64,000 nucleotides of DNA from the human T2T-CHM13v2.0 reference genome, Homo sapiens. The notes under the pieces were generated by a model, which ran no database searches, had not been told where the DNA came from, and saw only the letters and a program-made list of their open reading frames with translations. The DNA lies in assembly GCF_009914755.1 (NCBI RefSeq), contig NC_060939.1, one strand, 5' to 3'. The translations under genes and the position numbers were made by a program. Shown here one piece after another: positions 28,125 to 41,546 of this stretch. Position 1 is the first letter of the stretch. Each line of letters begins with the position of its first letter.

Positions 28125-28390
28125 GGCAGCATTTCTCAAAATGCCTTTCCAAAGCACTCCTTGGCCAAGTGATTTGGTGAAACTCAGCAAACTGCATCTT
28201 CCTCCTGGAGATCAATATTTAGCCTTAACATATTTAAGACTGAAAAATGTTACAGTAAAAGTTTTGTTTAATCCTGCATTTGCCAAACATACTTGCTCAT
28301 AGAACTACTGGTCACCCCATCCCAACATAATCAATCTCTCTTAGCTCCTAGTGGAACTAGTATTTTGGAGATTATTATTTGGGATGTGCT
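28125..28390. mobile_element. Possible hAT-Charlie-type MER relic
   Basis: CAGCATTTCTCAAA-like terminus and TTTGTTTAATCC.GCATTT.CCAAAC motif. Confidence 0.35.
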
Positions 28391-29341
28391 TTAGGACACA
28401 ACCATTTATCTTTTCAATAAATGTGTTAGAGGATCTTTTAATTCATTTTTACATTGACATATCAAATTGTACTATTTATCCCATATAACATGACAAAGTA
28501 TAGCTACACCGTGAAATGAGGAAACCTGGCTAGTTAACATATTCATTACCTCACATAGTTATCATTTTTCATTCACTTTTAGCATTTTCCAAAAATATAA
28601 ACAATAGTCACCATGCTGTACAACACATCCCTTAAACTTATTCCTCCTGTTTAACAAACATTTTACATCCTTTGGCCAGTATCTCCAAAACCACGCCAGA
28701 CCCTGGTAACCATCATTCTATTATTTACTTCTATAAGATCAACTTTTTTAGATTCTACTTATGAATGAGATCATGCAGTATCTGTCTTTCTGTGTCTGGC
28801 TTATTTTACATAATGTCCTCCAAGTTCATCCACATGGTTGCAAATGACAGAATTTGTTTTTTTTTTTTTAATGGCTGAATGGAATTCCATTGTGTATATG
28901 TAACACATTTTCCTTATCCAGTCATCCACTGAGGAACATACAGGTGGACTTCATCTCTCCACTGTTGTGAATAATGCTGCAATAAACATGGGAGTGCAAA
29001 TATGTTTTCTACATACTGATTTCATTTTCTTTAAATATATACCCAGTCATGAAATTGCTAGATTATGAGATAGCTGTATTTTGATTTCTTGAAAAACTCC
29101 ATGTTTTCTATAACAGCTGTTTGTAAATAGAATTGTCTTATTGATTTTTTTTTTCAGATAATTCACTATTAGTGTATAGAAATGCTATTGACTTTGGTAT
29201 GTTAATTTGGTATCCTGCAAGTTTACTGATTTGTTTCTTAGATCTAATCATTTTTCTGACGTGGGCTTTGGAGTTGTCTATATTTAAGATCATGTCATTT
29301 GCAAACAGGGACAACTTAATTTCATTTCTGATTTAGATGAC

Positions 29342-29635
29342 TTTTTTTTTTTTAAGACGGAGTCTTGCTCTGTCGCCCAGGCCAGAGTGCACTGGCATGA
29401 ACTTGGCTCGCTGAAAGCTCTGCCACTCAGATTCACACCATTCTCCTGCCTCAGCCTCCTGAGTAGCTGGGACTACAGGCACCTGCCACCACACCTGGCT
29501 AATTTTTTTGTATTTTTAGTAGAGATGGGGTTTCACCATGTTAGCCAGGATGGTCTCGATCTCCTGACCTCGTGATCTGCCCACCTCGGCCTCCCAAAGT
29601 GCTGGGATTACAGGCGTGAGCCACCGCGCCCGGCC
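29342..29635 (-). mobile_element. AluY, full length
   Basis: Poly(T) start; TTCACACCATTCTCC, TTAGCCAGGATGGTCTCGATCTCCTGACCTCGTGATC; ends CCACCGCGCCCGGCC. Confidence 0.95.
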
Positions 29636-30176
29636 ATTTTCATTTCTTTCTGTTGCCTAATTGTTCTAAGATCTCCAATACCATATTGAATAAAAGTGGT
29701 AAAAGTGGATACCCTTGACTTATTCCTGATCTTAGAGAAAAAGCTTTCAACTTTCCCCCTAGGTATGTTACCTATGGGTTTGTCATATATGACCTTTAAT
29801 GTGTTGAAGTATATTCTTTTGTTGTTTCCATAGGTTTTGGGGGAACAAGTGGTGTTTGGTTACCTAAATAAGTTATTTAGTTGTGGTTTCTGAGATTTTG
29901 GTTCACCCATCACCTGAGCAGTGTACAGTGTACCCAACTGTAGTCTTTTACTCCTCACCATCCCCACCAACTTCCCCTCCCTCGAGTCCCCAAAGTCAAC
30001 TGTATCATTCTTATGCCTTTGCAACCTCATAGCTTAGCTCCCACTATGAATAAGAACATACAATGTTTGGTTTTCCATTCCTGAGTTACTTCATTTACAA
30101 TAATGATCTGCAATTCCATCCAGGTTGCTGTGAATGCCATTATTTTGTTCCTGTTTATGGGTGAGTAGTATTCCAT

Positions 30177-30328
30177 GGTGTGTGTGTGTGTGTGTGTGTG
30201 TGTATGTATATACGTGTGTGTATATATATGTATATATAGTATGTGCATATAAGTGTGTATATATATAGTGTGTGTATATATGTGTGTGTGTATATAAATA
30301 TGTGTGTGTGTATATATATAGTGTGTAG
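30177..30328. repeat. Compound (TG)n/(TA)n microsatellite
   Basis: Seen directly; ~150 bp, mostly alternating purine-pyrimidine. Confidence 0.95.
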
Positions 30329-31923
30329 ATTTTTTTTAAAGTCCCTTCCTGATTTCACTATTAGTGTAATACTGGCTTCATAGAATGATTTAGGGAGGAT
30401 TCCCTCTTTATCTTGTGGAATAGCGTCAATAGGATTGGTACTAATTCTTCTTTGAATGTCTAATAAAATTCAGCTGTAAATCCATCTGGTCCTGCCTGGA
30501 CTTTTTTGTTGGCAATTTTATTACCATTTTAATCTTGATGCTTGTTTTGGTCTGTTCAGAGTTTCTATTTCTTCCTGGTTTAATCTAGGAGGGTTGTATA
30601 TTTATAGAAATTTATCTATCTCCTTTAAGTTTTCTAGTTTATGCACATAAAGTTGTTCATAGTACCCTTGAATGATCTTTTGTATTTCTGTGGTATCAGT
30701 TGCAGTATCTCCTATTTTGTTTCTAATTGAGCTTATTTAGATTTTCTCCCTTCTTGTTTAATCTCGCTAATGGTCTACCAATTTTATTTATCTTTTCAAA
30801 GAATCAGCTTCTTGTTTCATTTATCTTTTGTATTTTTGTTGTTTTTTTTTTTTTCATTTCATTTAGTTCTGCTCTGATCTTTATTATTTTTCTTCTGCTG
30901 GGTTTGGGTTTGGTTTGTTCTTGTTTCTCTAGTTCTTTGAGGTGTGATCTTAGACTGTCTATTTCTGTTCTTTCAGACTTTTTGATGTAGGCATTTAATG
31001 CTATGAGCTTTCCTCTTAGCACTGCTTTTGCTGTATCCCAGAGGTTTTGATAGATTGTGTCACTATTATCATTCAGTTCAAAGATTTTTAAAATTTCCAT
31101 CTTGATTTCATTGTTGACCCAGTGATCACTCAGGAGCAGGTTATTTAATTTCCATGTACTTGCATGGTTTTGAGTCTTCCTTTTGAAGTTGATTTCCAAT
31201 TTTAGTCCACTGTGGTCGGAGAGAGTACTTGACATAATTTCAACTTTCTTAAATTTACTGAGACTGTTTTGTGGCCTGTAATATGGTCTATCTTGGAGAA
31301 TGTTCCATGTGCTGATGAATAGAATGTACGTTCTGCAGTTGTTGGGTAGAAAGTTGTATAAATATCTGTTAAGTCCATTTGTTCTAGGGTAGAGTTTAAA
31401 TCCATTTTTCTCTGTTGACCTTCTGTCTTGATGTCCTGTGTAGTGCTTTCAGTGAAGCACGGAAGTCTCCCACTATTATTGTGTTGCTATCTCATTTCTT
31501 AGGTTTAGTAGCAACTATTTTATAAATTTGGGAGCTCCGGTGTTAGGTGCATATATATTTAGGATTATGTTATTTTGCTGTTTGGCTAGTCCTTTTATCA
31601 GTTCATAATGTCCCTCTTTGTCTTTAAGTGCTGTTGCTTTATAGTTCATATTGTCTGATATAGGAATCACTACTCCTGCTCACTTTTGGTGCCCATTTGT
31701 ATGGTGTATCTTTTCCACCCCTTTACCTTAAGTTTATGCGAGTTTTATGTATCAGGTGAGTCCCTTGAAGACAGCAGATAATTGGTTGGTGAATTCTTAT
31801 CCATTCCGTTATTCTGTATCTTTTAAGTGGAGCATTTAGGCCATTTATATTCAACATTAGTATTGAGATGTAAGGTACTATTCTATTAATCATGCTATTT
31901 GTTGCCTAAATACCTTGGGGGCG

Positions 31924-31926
<3 letters not shown>

Positions 31927-31972
<46 letters not shown>
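31927..31972. repeat. (TG)23 perfect microsatellite
   Basis: Seen directly, in the L1PB inter-ORF region. Confidence 0.95.
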
Positions 31973-31976
<4 letters not shown>

Positions 31977-34498
31977 ATAGGTCCTGTGAGATTTATGCTT
32001 GAAGAAGGTTCTATTTTTGTGAGTTTAAGGATTTGTTTAAAGATTTAGAGCTCCTTTAGCAGTCTTGTAGTGCTGGCTTGGTAGTTGCAAATTCTCTCAG
32101 CACTTGTTTGTCTGAAAAAAGACTATCTTTCCTTGGACTTACAAAGCTTAGTTTTGCTGGACACAAAATTCTTGGCTGATAATAGTTTAAGGAGGCTGAA
32201 GATAGGGCCCCAATCGCTACTAGCTTATAGGGTTTCTGCTGTTAATCTTGTAGGTTTTACTTTATAGATTACCTGGTAATTTTGCCTCACAGCTCTTAAG
32301 ATCATTTCCTTCATGTTAACTTTAGATAATCTGATGACTATTTGCCTGGGCAATGATCATTCTGCAGTGAATTTCCCAGGTGTTCTTTGAGCTTCTTGTA
32401 TTTGGTTTTCTAGATCTCTAGCCAAGGCTGGGGAAGTTTTCTTCAATTATTCCCTCAAATATGTTTTTCAAACTTTTAGATTTCTTTTTTCCTCAGGAAC
32501 ACCAATTATTCTTAGGTTTGGTCATTTAATATAATCCCAAACTTCTTGGAGGCTTGTTCTTTTTTTGTTGTGGTTTTTTTTTTTTTCCATTCTTTTGGGT
32601 TTTTTTTTTTTGTCTTTGTTGCATTGGGTTAATTCAAAAAACCTTGTCTTCAAGTTCTGAAGTTCTTTATTCTGCTTGTTTGATTCTATTGCTGAGACTT
32701 TCCAGGGCATTTTGCATTTCTCTAAGTGTGTCCTTTATTTCCAGAAGCTGTGATTGTTTTTTATTTGTGCTATTCTACTTGATTTTTTCCTTTCATATCT
32801 TGTATCTTTTTTGATTTAATTAAGTTAGACTACAACTTTCTCTGGTGCTTCCTTGATTAGCTTAATTATCTGAATTCTTTTTCTGGCAATTCAGAGATTT
32901 CTTCTTGGTGTGGATCCATTGCTGGTGAGCTAGTGTGATCTTTTGGGGGTGTTCAAGAACCTTGTTTTTTCATAATACCAGACTTGTTTTTCTGGTTCCT
33001 TCTCATTTGGATAGACTATGTCAGAGGGAATATTTGAAGCTCAAGCGCTGCTCTTCATATTCTTTTGTCCCATGGGGTGCTCCCTTGATGTAGTGCTCTC
33101 CCTCTTTTCACAGGGATGTGGCTTTCTGAGAGCTCAACTGTAGTGATTGTTGTTTCTTTTCTGGATCTAGGCACCTAGTGAAGCTACCAGGCTCCAGGCT
33201 GGTACTGGACGGTGTCTGCACAGAATCATATAATGTGAACTGTCTTCAGGTCTCTCAGCCATGGATAGCAGTGCCTGCTCCAGTGGAGGTGGCAGGGTAG
33301 TCAAATGGACTCTGAGGGTCCTTGGTTGTACTTTTTTTTTATTGCACTAATTTTGTGCTGGTTGACCTCCTGCCAGGAGTGGGTGCTTTCAAGAGCACAT
33401 CAGCTCTGGTAGTATAGGGAGTATCAGGTGGTAGGTGGCATCCTAGAGCTCCCAAGAGGGTATGTCCTTTGTCTTCTGCTACCAGGGTGGGTAGAGAAAG
33501 ACCATCAAGTGGGGGTATGGTTCAGCATGTCTGAGCTCAGACTCTCCTTGGGTGGGGCTTGCTGCAGCTGCTGTGGAGGACAGGGGTGTGGTTCTCAAGC
33601 CAATGGAGTTTATGTTCCCGGGGGGATTATGGGTGCCTCTGCTGTATCGTGCAAGTCACCAGGGAAGTGGCGGAAAGCTGGCAGCTACAGGCCTCCCCCA
33701 GCTTCCACAGGCACTTATTGCTGTAAACTCAGTTCTTAGAACTACTTCGCTGTGTCCCACAAATTTTAAGTTGTGAATCAATTTGTCTCAAAATTTCTTT
33801 AAATTTCTCTAAAATTTCATTATTGACCCATTGTTTGTTCAGGAATACATTGTTTAATTTCCATGCATTTGTGAATTTTCTAAAGCTTCTCCTGTTACCG
33901 ATTTCTAGCTGTATAATGCTGTCATCAGAAAAGATACGTGATGTAATTTTAGTCTGCTTAAATTTGATAACACTTGCTTTGTGGCCTAACACATGATCTT
34001 GGAGATTTTTCCATGTGCAGTTGAGAAGAACATGAATTCCACAGCTGTTTAATGGAATGTTCTGTACATGTCTGTTAGGTCCATTTGGTCTAGAATGTAG
34101 TTCAAGTTCAATGTTTCCTTGTTTTCTGTCTGGATGATCTGTTCATTGCTGAAAGTGGGTTGTCGCAATCTACAATTATTATTGTATTGCAGTCTATCTC
34201 TCTTCAAGTCTATTAATATTTGCCCTATATATTTATGGGATAGAATGCTGATTGCATATATATTTAGAATTCTTATATCCTCTTGCTGAATTGACCCCTT
34301 TATCATTACATAATGATCTTTGTCTCTTTTTAGTTTTAGACTTTAAATCCATCTTTTCTGATGTAAGTATAGCTGCTCCTGCTCTCTTTTGGTTTCCATT
34401 TGCATGAATTTCTTTTTCCATCCCTTCACTTTCAGTCTGTGTGTTTTCTTACAGGTGAAGTGAGCCTCTCATAGACAGCATACAGTTGGATCTTTTAA

Positions 34499-34870
<372 letters not shown>

Positions 34871-35795
34871 GTGATTTTTGATAAGCAATGACTTACTACT
34901 GCCATTTTGTTCACTTTGTAGTCATTTGAAGATCTTCATTCCTTTCTTCCTCTCTTGCTATCTTCCTTTGTGGCTACCGATATTCTCTAGCGGTATGTTT
35001 GGACTCCATTCTTTTTATTTTTTGTGTTTCTACTATAGGTTTCTGCTTTATTGTTACCATGATGTTTACAAAAAAAATCTTGTGATTATAACAGGTTATT
35101 TTAAGTTGATGACAACTCTGATAACAATGACACTGTTATTCTGATCCCTTTTCCTGACATTTTGAATTTTTGATGTCACAGTTTATATCTTTTATATTGC
35201 ATATTTCTTAACAAATCATTTTAACTATTATCTTTAGTAATTTTGCCTTTTAACCATCAGACTAAAGATGTGATTTATACACCATTATTACAGTATCAGG
35301 GTATTCTGAATTTGATTGTGTACTTTTACACGTTTTTGTATTACTCATTAGCATCCTTTTCTTTCAGCTTGAACAAGTTCTGTTAGCATTTCTTATAAAA
35401 CAGGTTTTCTAGTTATGAACTTCTTCAGCTTTTCCTTGTCTGGGAAAGCCTTTACATCTCATTCACTTGTGAAGAACCACTTTACTGGGTATAGTATTCT
35501 TTACTGACAGTTTTTTCCCTTTTGGCACTTGTGCACATTATCCCACTCTCCTATCCTGTAAGGTTTCTGTTGACAAGTCTGATGCTAGCCATACTGGAAC
35601 TCCCTTATGGTATTTGCTTCTTTTCTCTTGTTGCTTTTAGTATCATCTTTTTGTCTCTGTTGTCTCTGATCTTTGACAATTTGATTATAATATGACTCGG
35701 GACAGGTTTTATTTGGATTAAATCTGATTAGAGAAGTTTGACCTTTCTGTTCCTGGATAATTACCTCTTTCACCAGGTTTATAAAGGTTTCTGCC

Positions 35796-36056
35796 TTTTT
35801 TTTTTTTTTTTTTTTAGGACGGAGTCTCACTCTGTCACCCAGGCTGGAGTGCAGTGGCATCATCTCGGCTCACTGCAACTCTGCCTCCCAGGTTCACGCC
35901 ATTCTCCTGCCTCAGCCTCCCAAGTAGCTGGGACTACAGGCACCCGTCACCACACCCAGCTGATTTTTTGTATTTTTTTTTTTTTTTAGTAGAGATGGGG
36001 TTTCACTGTGTTACCCAGGATGGTCTCAATCTCCTGACCTCGTGATCCACCGCCTC
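35796..36056 (-). mobile_element. AluY/Sc, 5'-truncated by ~50 nt
   Basis: Poly(T), GGTTCACGCCATTCTCC, GACCTCGTGATCC; ends before the A box. Confidence 0.92.
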
Positions 36057-37015
36057 ATTAAATAAGCTTTCTACTCATTTACCTTTCTCTTCTTGAACTG
36101 CTATGACTTAAAAATTTGCTGTTTTGATGCTTTCCTATAAATCCAATAGATTTCTTTTTCAATATTTTACTTCCTTTTTCAAATAATCTTTCACATTCTT
36201 TCTTCTGCTTGATCAATTTTGCTGATGTTCTTTATTACATTTTTTATTTTGTTCATTTTCTTATTCAACTACAGGTTTTCTCTGTTATTTCAATCTCCCT
36301 TTTAAATTTTTTATTCTGAACACTTGCTGTTTTCCTCCTTTTGAATTGATTTTCTATTCTATTGAAATTCACTGAGCTTTTTAAAAACAATTATTTTGAA
36401 TTGTTTGTGAGGCAGTCCATTTTCATTTCTTTAGGGTCAGTCACTGGCACCTTACTTTGTGCATTTGGTGATGCATGTTTCCCTGAACATTCTTGATCTT
36501 TGTGGTCATGCACTGATCTCTGTATACTTGAAGAAGTAGGTACTTATCTCAACCTTCACAGACTGGCTTTGTCTGGGAAAGTTCTATGGCATGCTCAGTG
36601 CTGGGTATGCCAGAAGCCTAGTGAAGTTTCAGCTTGTCTAACCCTTCCAGGAAGCCTGGGTCCCACTTTGGCAAGTGGAACACTAGGGCATATTAGAAGC
36701 CTAGGGACACTGAGGTCTGCCTGCTGCTGAGGGCCATTCAGAGCCAACCTGGCAGTGGCGAAGGCCAGAAATCAAGTTTACCACACAAGCCTGAAGTTTG
36801 GGGCTGTCTGGTCTTACCTGGCACTGAAGCAACTCTAGAGTCTCAGTCCACAGGTATAAGCCATGGGGCCATCAGGGCCTTCTCAGTACTGGCATTTACT
36901 GTGGTGGGCCCAGAGTTCAGGTCCAAGGCAAAGTCTCACTTCCTTCTCTTTTCCTCAAGTGAGCAGTATCTCTTCTCTACACTGCTGCCTGAAGTTGGAG
37001 GAGGGCTGAGGTAGG

Positions 37016-37431
37016 TGTATTAGTCCATTCTCACATTGCTATTAAGTATCTCAGACTGAATAATTTTTAAGAAAAGAGGTTTAACTCACTCATGGTTCTG
37101 CAGGTTGCAAAGGAAACATGGCAGCATGTGTTTCTAGGAAGATCTCAGGAAGCTTCCAATCATGGTGTAAGGCAAAGGGGGAATGATACATCTTGCATGG
37201 CAGGAGAAGGAGCAAGAGAGAGAGAAGGGGTAGGGTGCTACACATTTTCAAATGACCAGATCTCTTGAGAACTCACTATGATGAGGACAGTACCAAGGGA
37301 AGATGGTGCTAAACCATTCATGAGAAACCCACCCCCATGATCCAATCACCACCCACCAGACCATACCTCCCAACAGTGGGCATTACAATCCAACATGAGA
37401 TTTTGTGGAAATACAGATCCAAATCGTATCA
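37016..37431 (-). mobile_element. MaLR solo LTR (MSTA/MSTB-like)
   Basis: TGTATTAGTCCATTCTCACATTGCTAT ... ATCCAAATCGTATCA termini; degenerate 5-bp TSD GTAGG/GTGAG. Confidence 0.9.
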
Positions 37432-38234
37432 GTGAGTAATATAAAACTGTCCTTCCTACTCTCTACAGTATGTATTTTACTACATGTCTTCCTTCAACTA
37501 GGTACTGTTATCTCTCATCTCATTATCTTAGCCCTTGTGAAATCATTTTCATGTACAGCTAGTGGTTCAAGTTGATGTTTCTGCTGGGAGGTGGGGGACA
37601 ATATCTAAAATTCTATCCCATAATCTTGTACCATTCTTCTAAGATTATTTTAGAAAAGAATATGACTTTCATATAAACACATATTGTACATTTTGTTTAA
37701 TTAATTAACAAGGAAGTCTGTAAGATGTGGTTTCATTTAATATGTGGGAATTCAAAATGACGACACATATATAGGGAAGAAGAAACTCTGAAATGAGTTC
37801 ACAAATGCAAAATGGGCTATCCACAAGCAATAAATGTTTAACTACACACAGTAAGTGTGTACTTCACTAGCCAATCATTTGTATTATTAGGTTTCTACAA
37901 TTTTCAAAATTGTAACGTAACTCAAAGCAATGAAAGACAAAAAGAACCCAGATGGATGAGTTAGGCAAGACACTCATTCATCTTTCTTTTGTCTTTCACA
38001 GTTTTTCCTGACTGACGTTTTCTTTTAAATCTAGAACTTCTAGATAACCAAAATAAGAAAACACATGTGGGAAGTGGAAAAGATTTAAATGCAGGTCTCT
38101 AAAAATTTTCAGATTGTATAATCAAGCAGCTAGATGTCTTATTTTCTGAATAGTTACTTACATCAAGTAGATGGGACTCTCATTGTCCTATTTTTAAAAA
38201 TACCCATAGAATTGTTATATCTTGTTTAATAAAT

Positions 38235-39600
38235 GCCTTTATCATTATATAATCACCTTTTTTGTCTTTTTTTTTTAATTGTTGTTGACTTAAGTCTGTT
38301 ATCACATGTAATAGCTACTCCTGCTTTTGGTTTCCATTTGTGTACAGTATTTTTTCCACCCCTTTATTTTAGGTCTATAACAATTTTTACCTGCTAGGTG
38401 GGTCACGTGAAAACTGCAGATATTTGTATGTGTTTTTTATTCATTCTACCAATCTATCTTTTAAGTGGAACATGTAGACCACTCATATTAAATGTTGATA
38501 TTGATATGTGAGGCATTGTTCCAGTCATGATGTTTTACCTAGTTGCATTGTTTTCTTCATTTTGTCATTGTTTTTGTAAGCCCTGTGAGTTTTATGCTTT
38601 CAAGTGTTTTTATACTGGTGTTTACTGACCTTTTGTTTAGATAGTTTTTATACTGGTATTTATCTACCTTTATCTTTTATCAGTTCTTCTAGGCCTTGTC
38701 TACTGGTGATGAGTTCCTCAGCATTTGCTTATCTGGGAAAAACTTTATTTCTCCTTCATTTATGAAACAGTTTTGCTGTATACAAAATACTTGGCTGACA
38801 GTTATTCCACCTGAGGGCTCTAAAGATAGGACCTCAATTTCTTCTGGCTTGTCAAGTTTCTGCTGAGAATTCTGCTGTTAGTAACACAGGTTTTCCTTTA
38901 CAAGTTATCTGATGCTTCTGTCTCACTGCTCTTAGAATTCTTTCTTTCATGTAGACTTTAGATAGCCTGATGCCCGTATACCTTGGTAATGTCCTTTCGG
39001 CAGTGAATCTCCCGAGTGTTCTTTGAGCTTTTTTAATGGATGTCCAAATCTCTACCAAGACCAGCAAAGTTTTCCTCAATTATTTCCTCAAATAGGTTTT
39101 TCAAACTTTCTGCTTTTCTTCCCTCCTGTACCTATGATTTTTAGTTTTGGATATTTTACATAATCTCATATTTCTTAGAAAATCTATTCATTTTAATTTT
39201 TTCTCCAGTTTTGTCTGATTGGGTTAATTTGAAAGGCTTGTCTTCAAGCTCTGAAATTCTTTCTTCTATTTGGTCTAATCTATTGTTAAAACTTTCCACT
39301 ACATTTTGTAATTCCCGAAATGCATCTTTCATTTCTGGAAGTTCTGTTTGGTTTTTCTTTAAAATATCTCTTTAGAAAATTTTTCATTCGTATCCTGAAT
39401 TTTTTTTATGTTGGTTTTTTACTTTCTTATGGACAACACTGAACCAATTAATAACATTCTGAATAATTTATCTGGTATTCTGAAGATTTTATTTTAGTTT
39501 GGATCTACTGCTGGAGAGTTAGTGTAACCTTTTTGCAGGGTGCTATAGAACTGTTTTTTCATATTGTCAGAATGATTTTCCTGGATCTTTCCCATTTGGT
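38235..39600 (-). mobile_element. Antisense L1PB-like fragment (ORF1 and start of ORF2)
   Basis: ORF1 peptide IRLSKVYMKERILRAVRQKHQITCKGKPVLLTAEFSAET on minus. Confidence 0.85.
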
Positions 39601-39895
39601 TAAACTGGAGGTCACTATCCTAACTGTAGTAACTCAGGAAGTGGAAATCAAATACCTCACATGCTCACTTATAGGTGGGAGCTAAGCTATGGGTACACAA
39701 AAGTATAGAATGATATAATGTGTTGACACTGAAGACTCAGAATTGGGGATGAGGGAGAGAGAGGGATGAATAATTACCGATTGGGTACAATGTACACAAT
39801 CCAGGTGATGGGTACTCTAAAAGCCCAGACTTTACCACTATATAATTCATCCATGTAACCAAACACCATTTTTGCCCCTAAAGCCATTGATTAAA
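39601..39895 (+). mobile_element. L1PB2/3-like 3' end, sense
   Basis: GGGAGCTAAGCTATGGGTACACAAA ... AAAGCCCAGACTTTACCACTATATAATTCATCCATGTAACC. Confidence 0.85.
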
Positions 39896-40380
39896 ACACT
39901 AATTTTTAAGTCAAGCTGGATTATATAGAAGAACTAGAAATAAAAACACAACTACATCATAGGATAGATCAACAGGCAGACTTACTAACACACACACACA
40001 CATACACATTCCTGTATAGACTAAAGACACAACTAACTCAAAGTGACTGGATAATCTATTAAGCTAGCAGGTCTTATCTACACTTAAATGCATACTCTGC
40101 TTTTAAGCAAACTGTTCTAATTTTATTGTGGTTGTTGGTTCCTTAAAAATTAATATAAAAAACACCCATAGTACTCACCGGTGTCAAATTCCTTTTCTCT
40201 GGGCTACGTTTTGCCTTTCTCCCCAAATGATTATTTCCTCAAGTCCTCTGGGATAGCAGAGTAACTTCAGATATTTGAGATCAATATCCCAACATGCTCC
40301 AAATATGCATATTGTAACCAGATTCTTCTGAAGTGTTTCTAGTAACATGGAGGTTACTACTATATATGGCCACAAGGGAC

Positions 40381-40662
40381 TTTTTATTATTACACTTTAA
40401 GTTCTGGGATACATGTGCAGAATGTGCAGGTTTATTACATAGGTATACACGTGCTGTAGTGGTTTGCTGCACCCATCAACCTGTCATCTACATTAGGTAT
40501 TTCTCCTAATGCTATCCCTCCCCTAGCCCCTGACCCCACCACAGGCCCTGGAGTGCGATGTTCCCCTCCCGGTGTCCATGTGTTCTCATTGTTCAACTCC
40601 CATTTATGAGTGAGAACATGCGATGCTGGTTTTCTGTTCCTGTGTTAGTTTGCTGAGAATGA
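40381..40662 (-). mobile_element. Short L1PA (about PA5-7) 3' end
   Basis: TTATTATTACACTTTAAGTTCTGGGATACATGTGCAGAATGTGCAGG; flanked by AGGGACTTTT / AGAGACTTTT TSD-like repeats. Confidence 0.92.
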
Positions 40663-41546
40663 AGAGAGAGACTTTTAATAGAAGCATTAAGTAGGGAAAA
40701 AATTTATTTTAGGACTATAGACATCTGCTGAAACAGAGGATGGTCTAACAAAGCACTGAATAAGATTTTTGCTGTGCAATGCATTTGAAAAGAACAGGAA
40801 GATTTCATAAAGCAATTGTCACTTCCTTTGTGTGTCCTGAGGGTCCCAGAGAGACTGCATACGCTGTATTGCCTCCCACTCAGCTGTAGCAGAAACCTTA
40901 TATGAATAACTCATGGCATTTCAAGCTGCAATAGCTGCAATTAATTGTTCATGTTGAATAACTATGGTTTCCACTTGTTGCCAATGATATGTTAACTTCA
41001 TTTTCACTCAATTAAACCCAAGCACTAAATTCTTTGATCAAGTTGAATGGGGCTTCAGTTAGTGTAAGAGCGAAGTTCATAAGTTGGAAAATCTTAGTCT
41101 TTCTTAGCATAAAGACTCTGTAAATGTTTAAAATGACTGGTTTTGTTTTATTTTCAGAACATTTTCTAGGGTGTTAGCCTAGTTTCCCTTTTAGGCCTTA
41201 ACTTGAATGTCTCTGCTTGGAAACACTCCTGTCCCTTCTGGGTACATCCACCAGAATATAACTTCCTTAAGGGAGGGAACTAGGCCTAGCTTATTTCCTG
41301 ACTGTATCTGCAGGGCCTAGCAGAGTAGCTAGGATGTAGTATTCACACAAATATTTCTAAAATTAGTTAATGGTAGAAGATACACATGCACATATTATAA
41401 ACAAGGATAGACCTGAAACTTCAGGATCAGGGATGGTTAAGAATACCTAATTCCCTTACAAGAGCTACTTTATATTCCTCTACAATCTATAGAACACTCA
41501 TAGGGAATGAGAAGAGACAAGGAAGGGACTGCAAATGTCACCCAAA

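Larger units (their letters stand above)
29816..33710 (-). mobile_element. L1PB1-like element with internal deletion, truncated within the 5'UTR
   Basis: L1PB1-type end (TTTCCATAGGTTTTGGGGGAACA.GTGGTGTTTGGTTAC); ORF2 EN remnant (30804-31235: [25 protein letters not shown]), ORF1 and GC-richer 5'UTR. Confidence 0.88.

Noticed and set aside
30027-30358. His/Thr/Ile/Tyr-rich ORFs
   Set aside because: Translation of the (TG)n/(TA)n microsatellite
38606-38672. 38-bp-period duplication GTTTTTATACTGGT inside L1
   Set aside because: Small slippage duplication in a dead L1 with no sign of function
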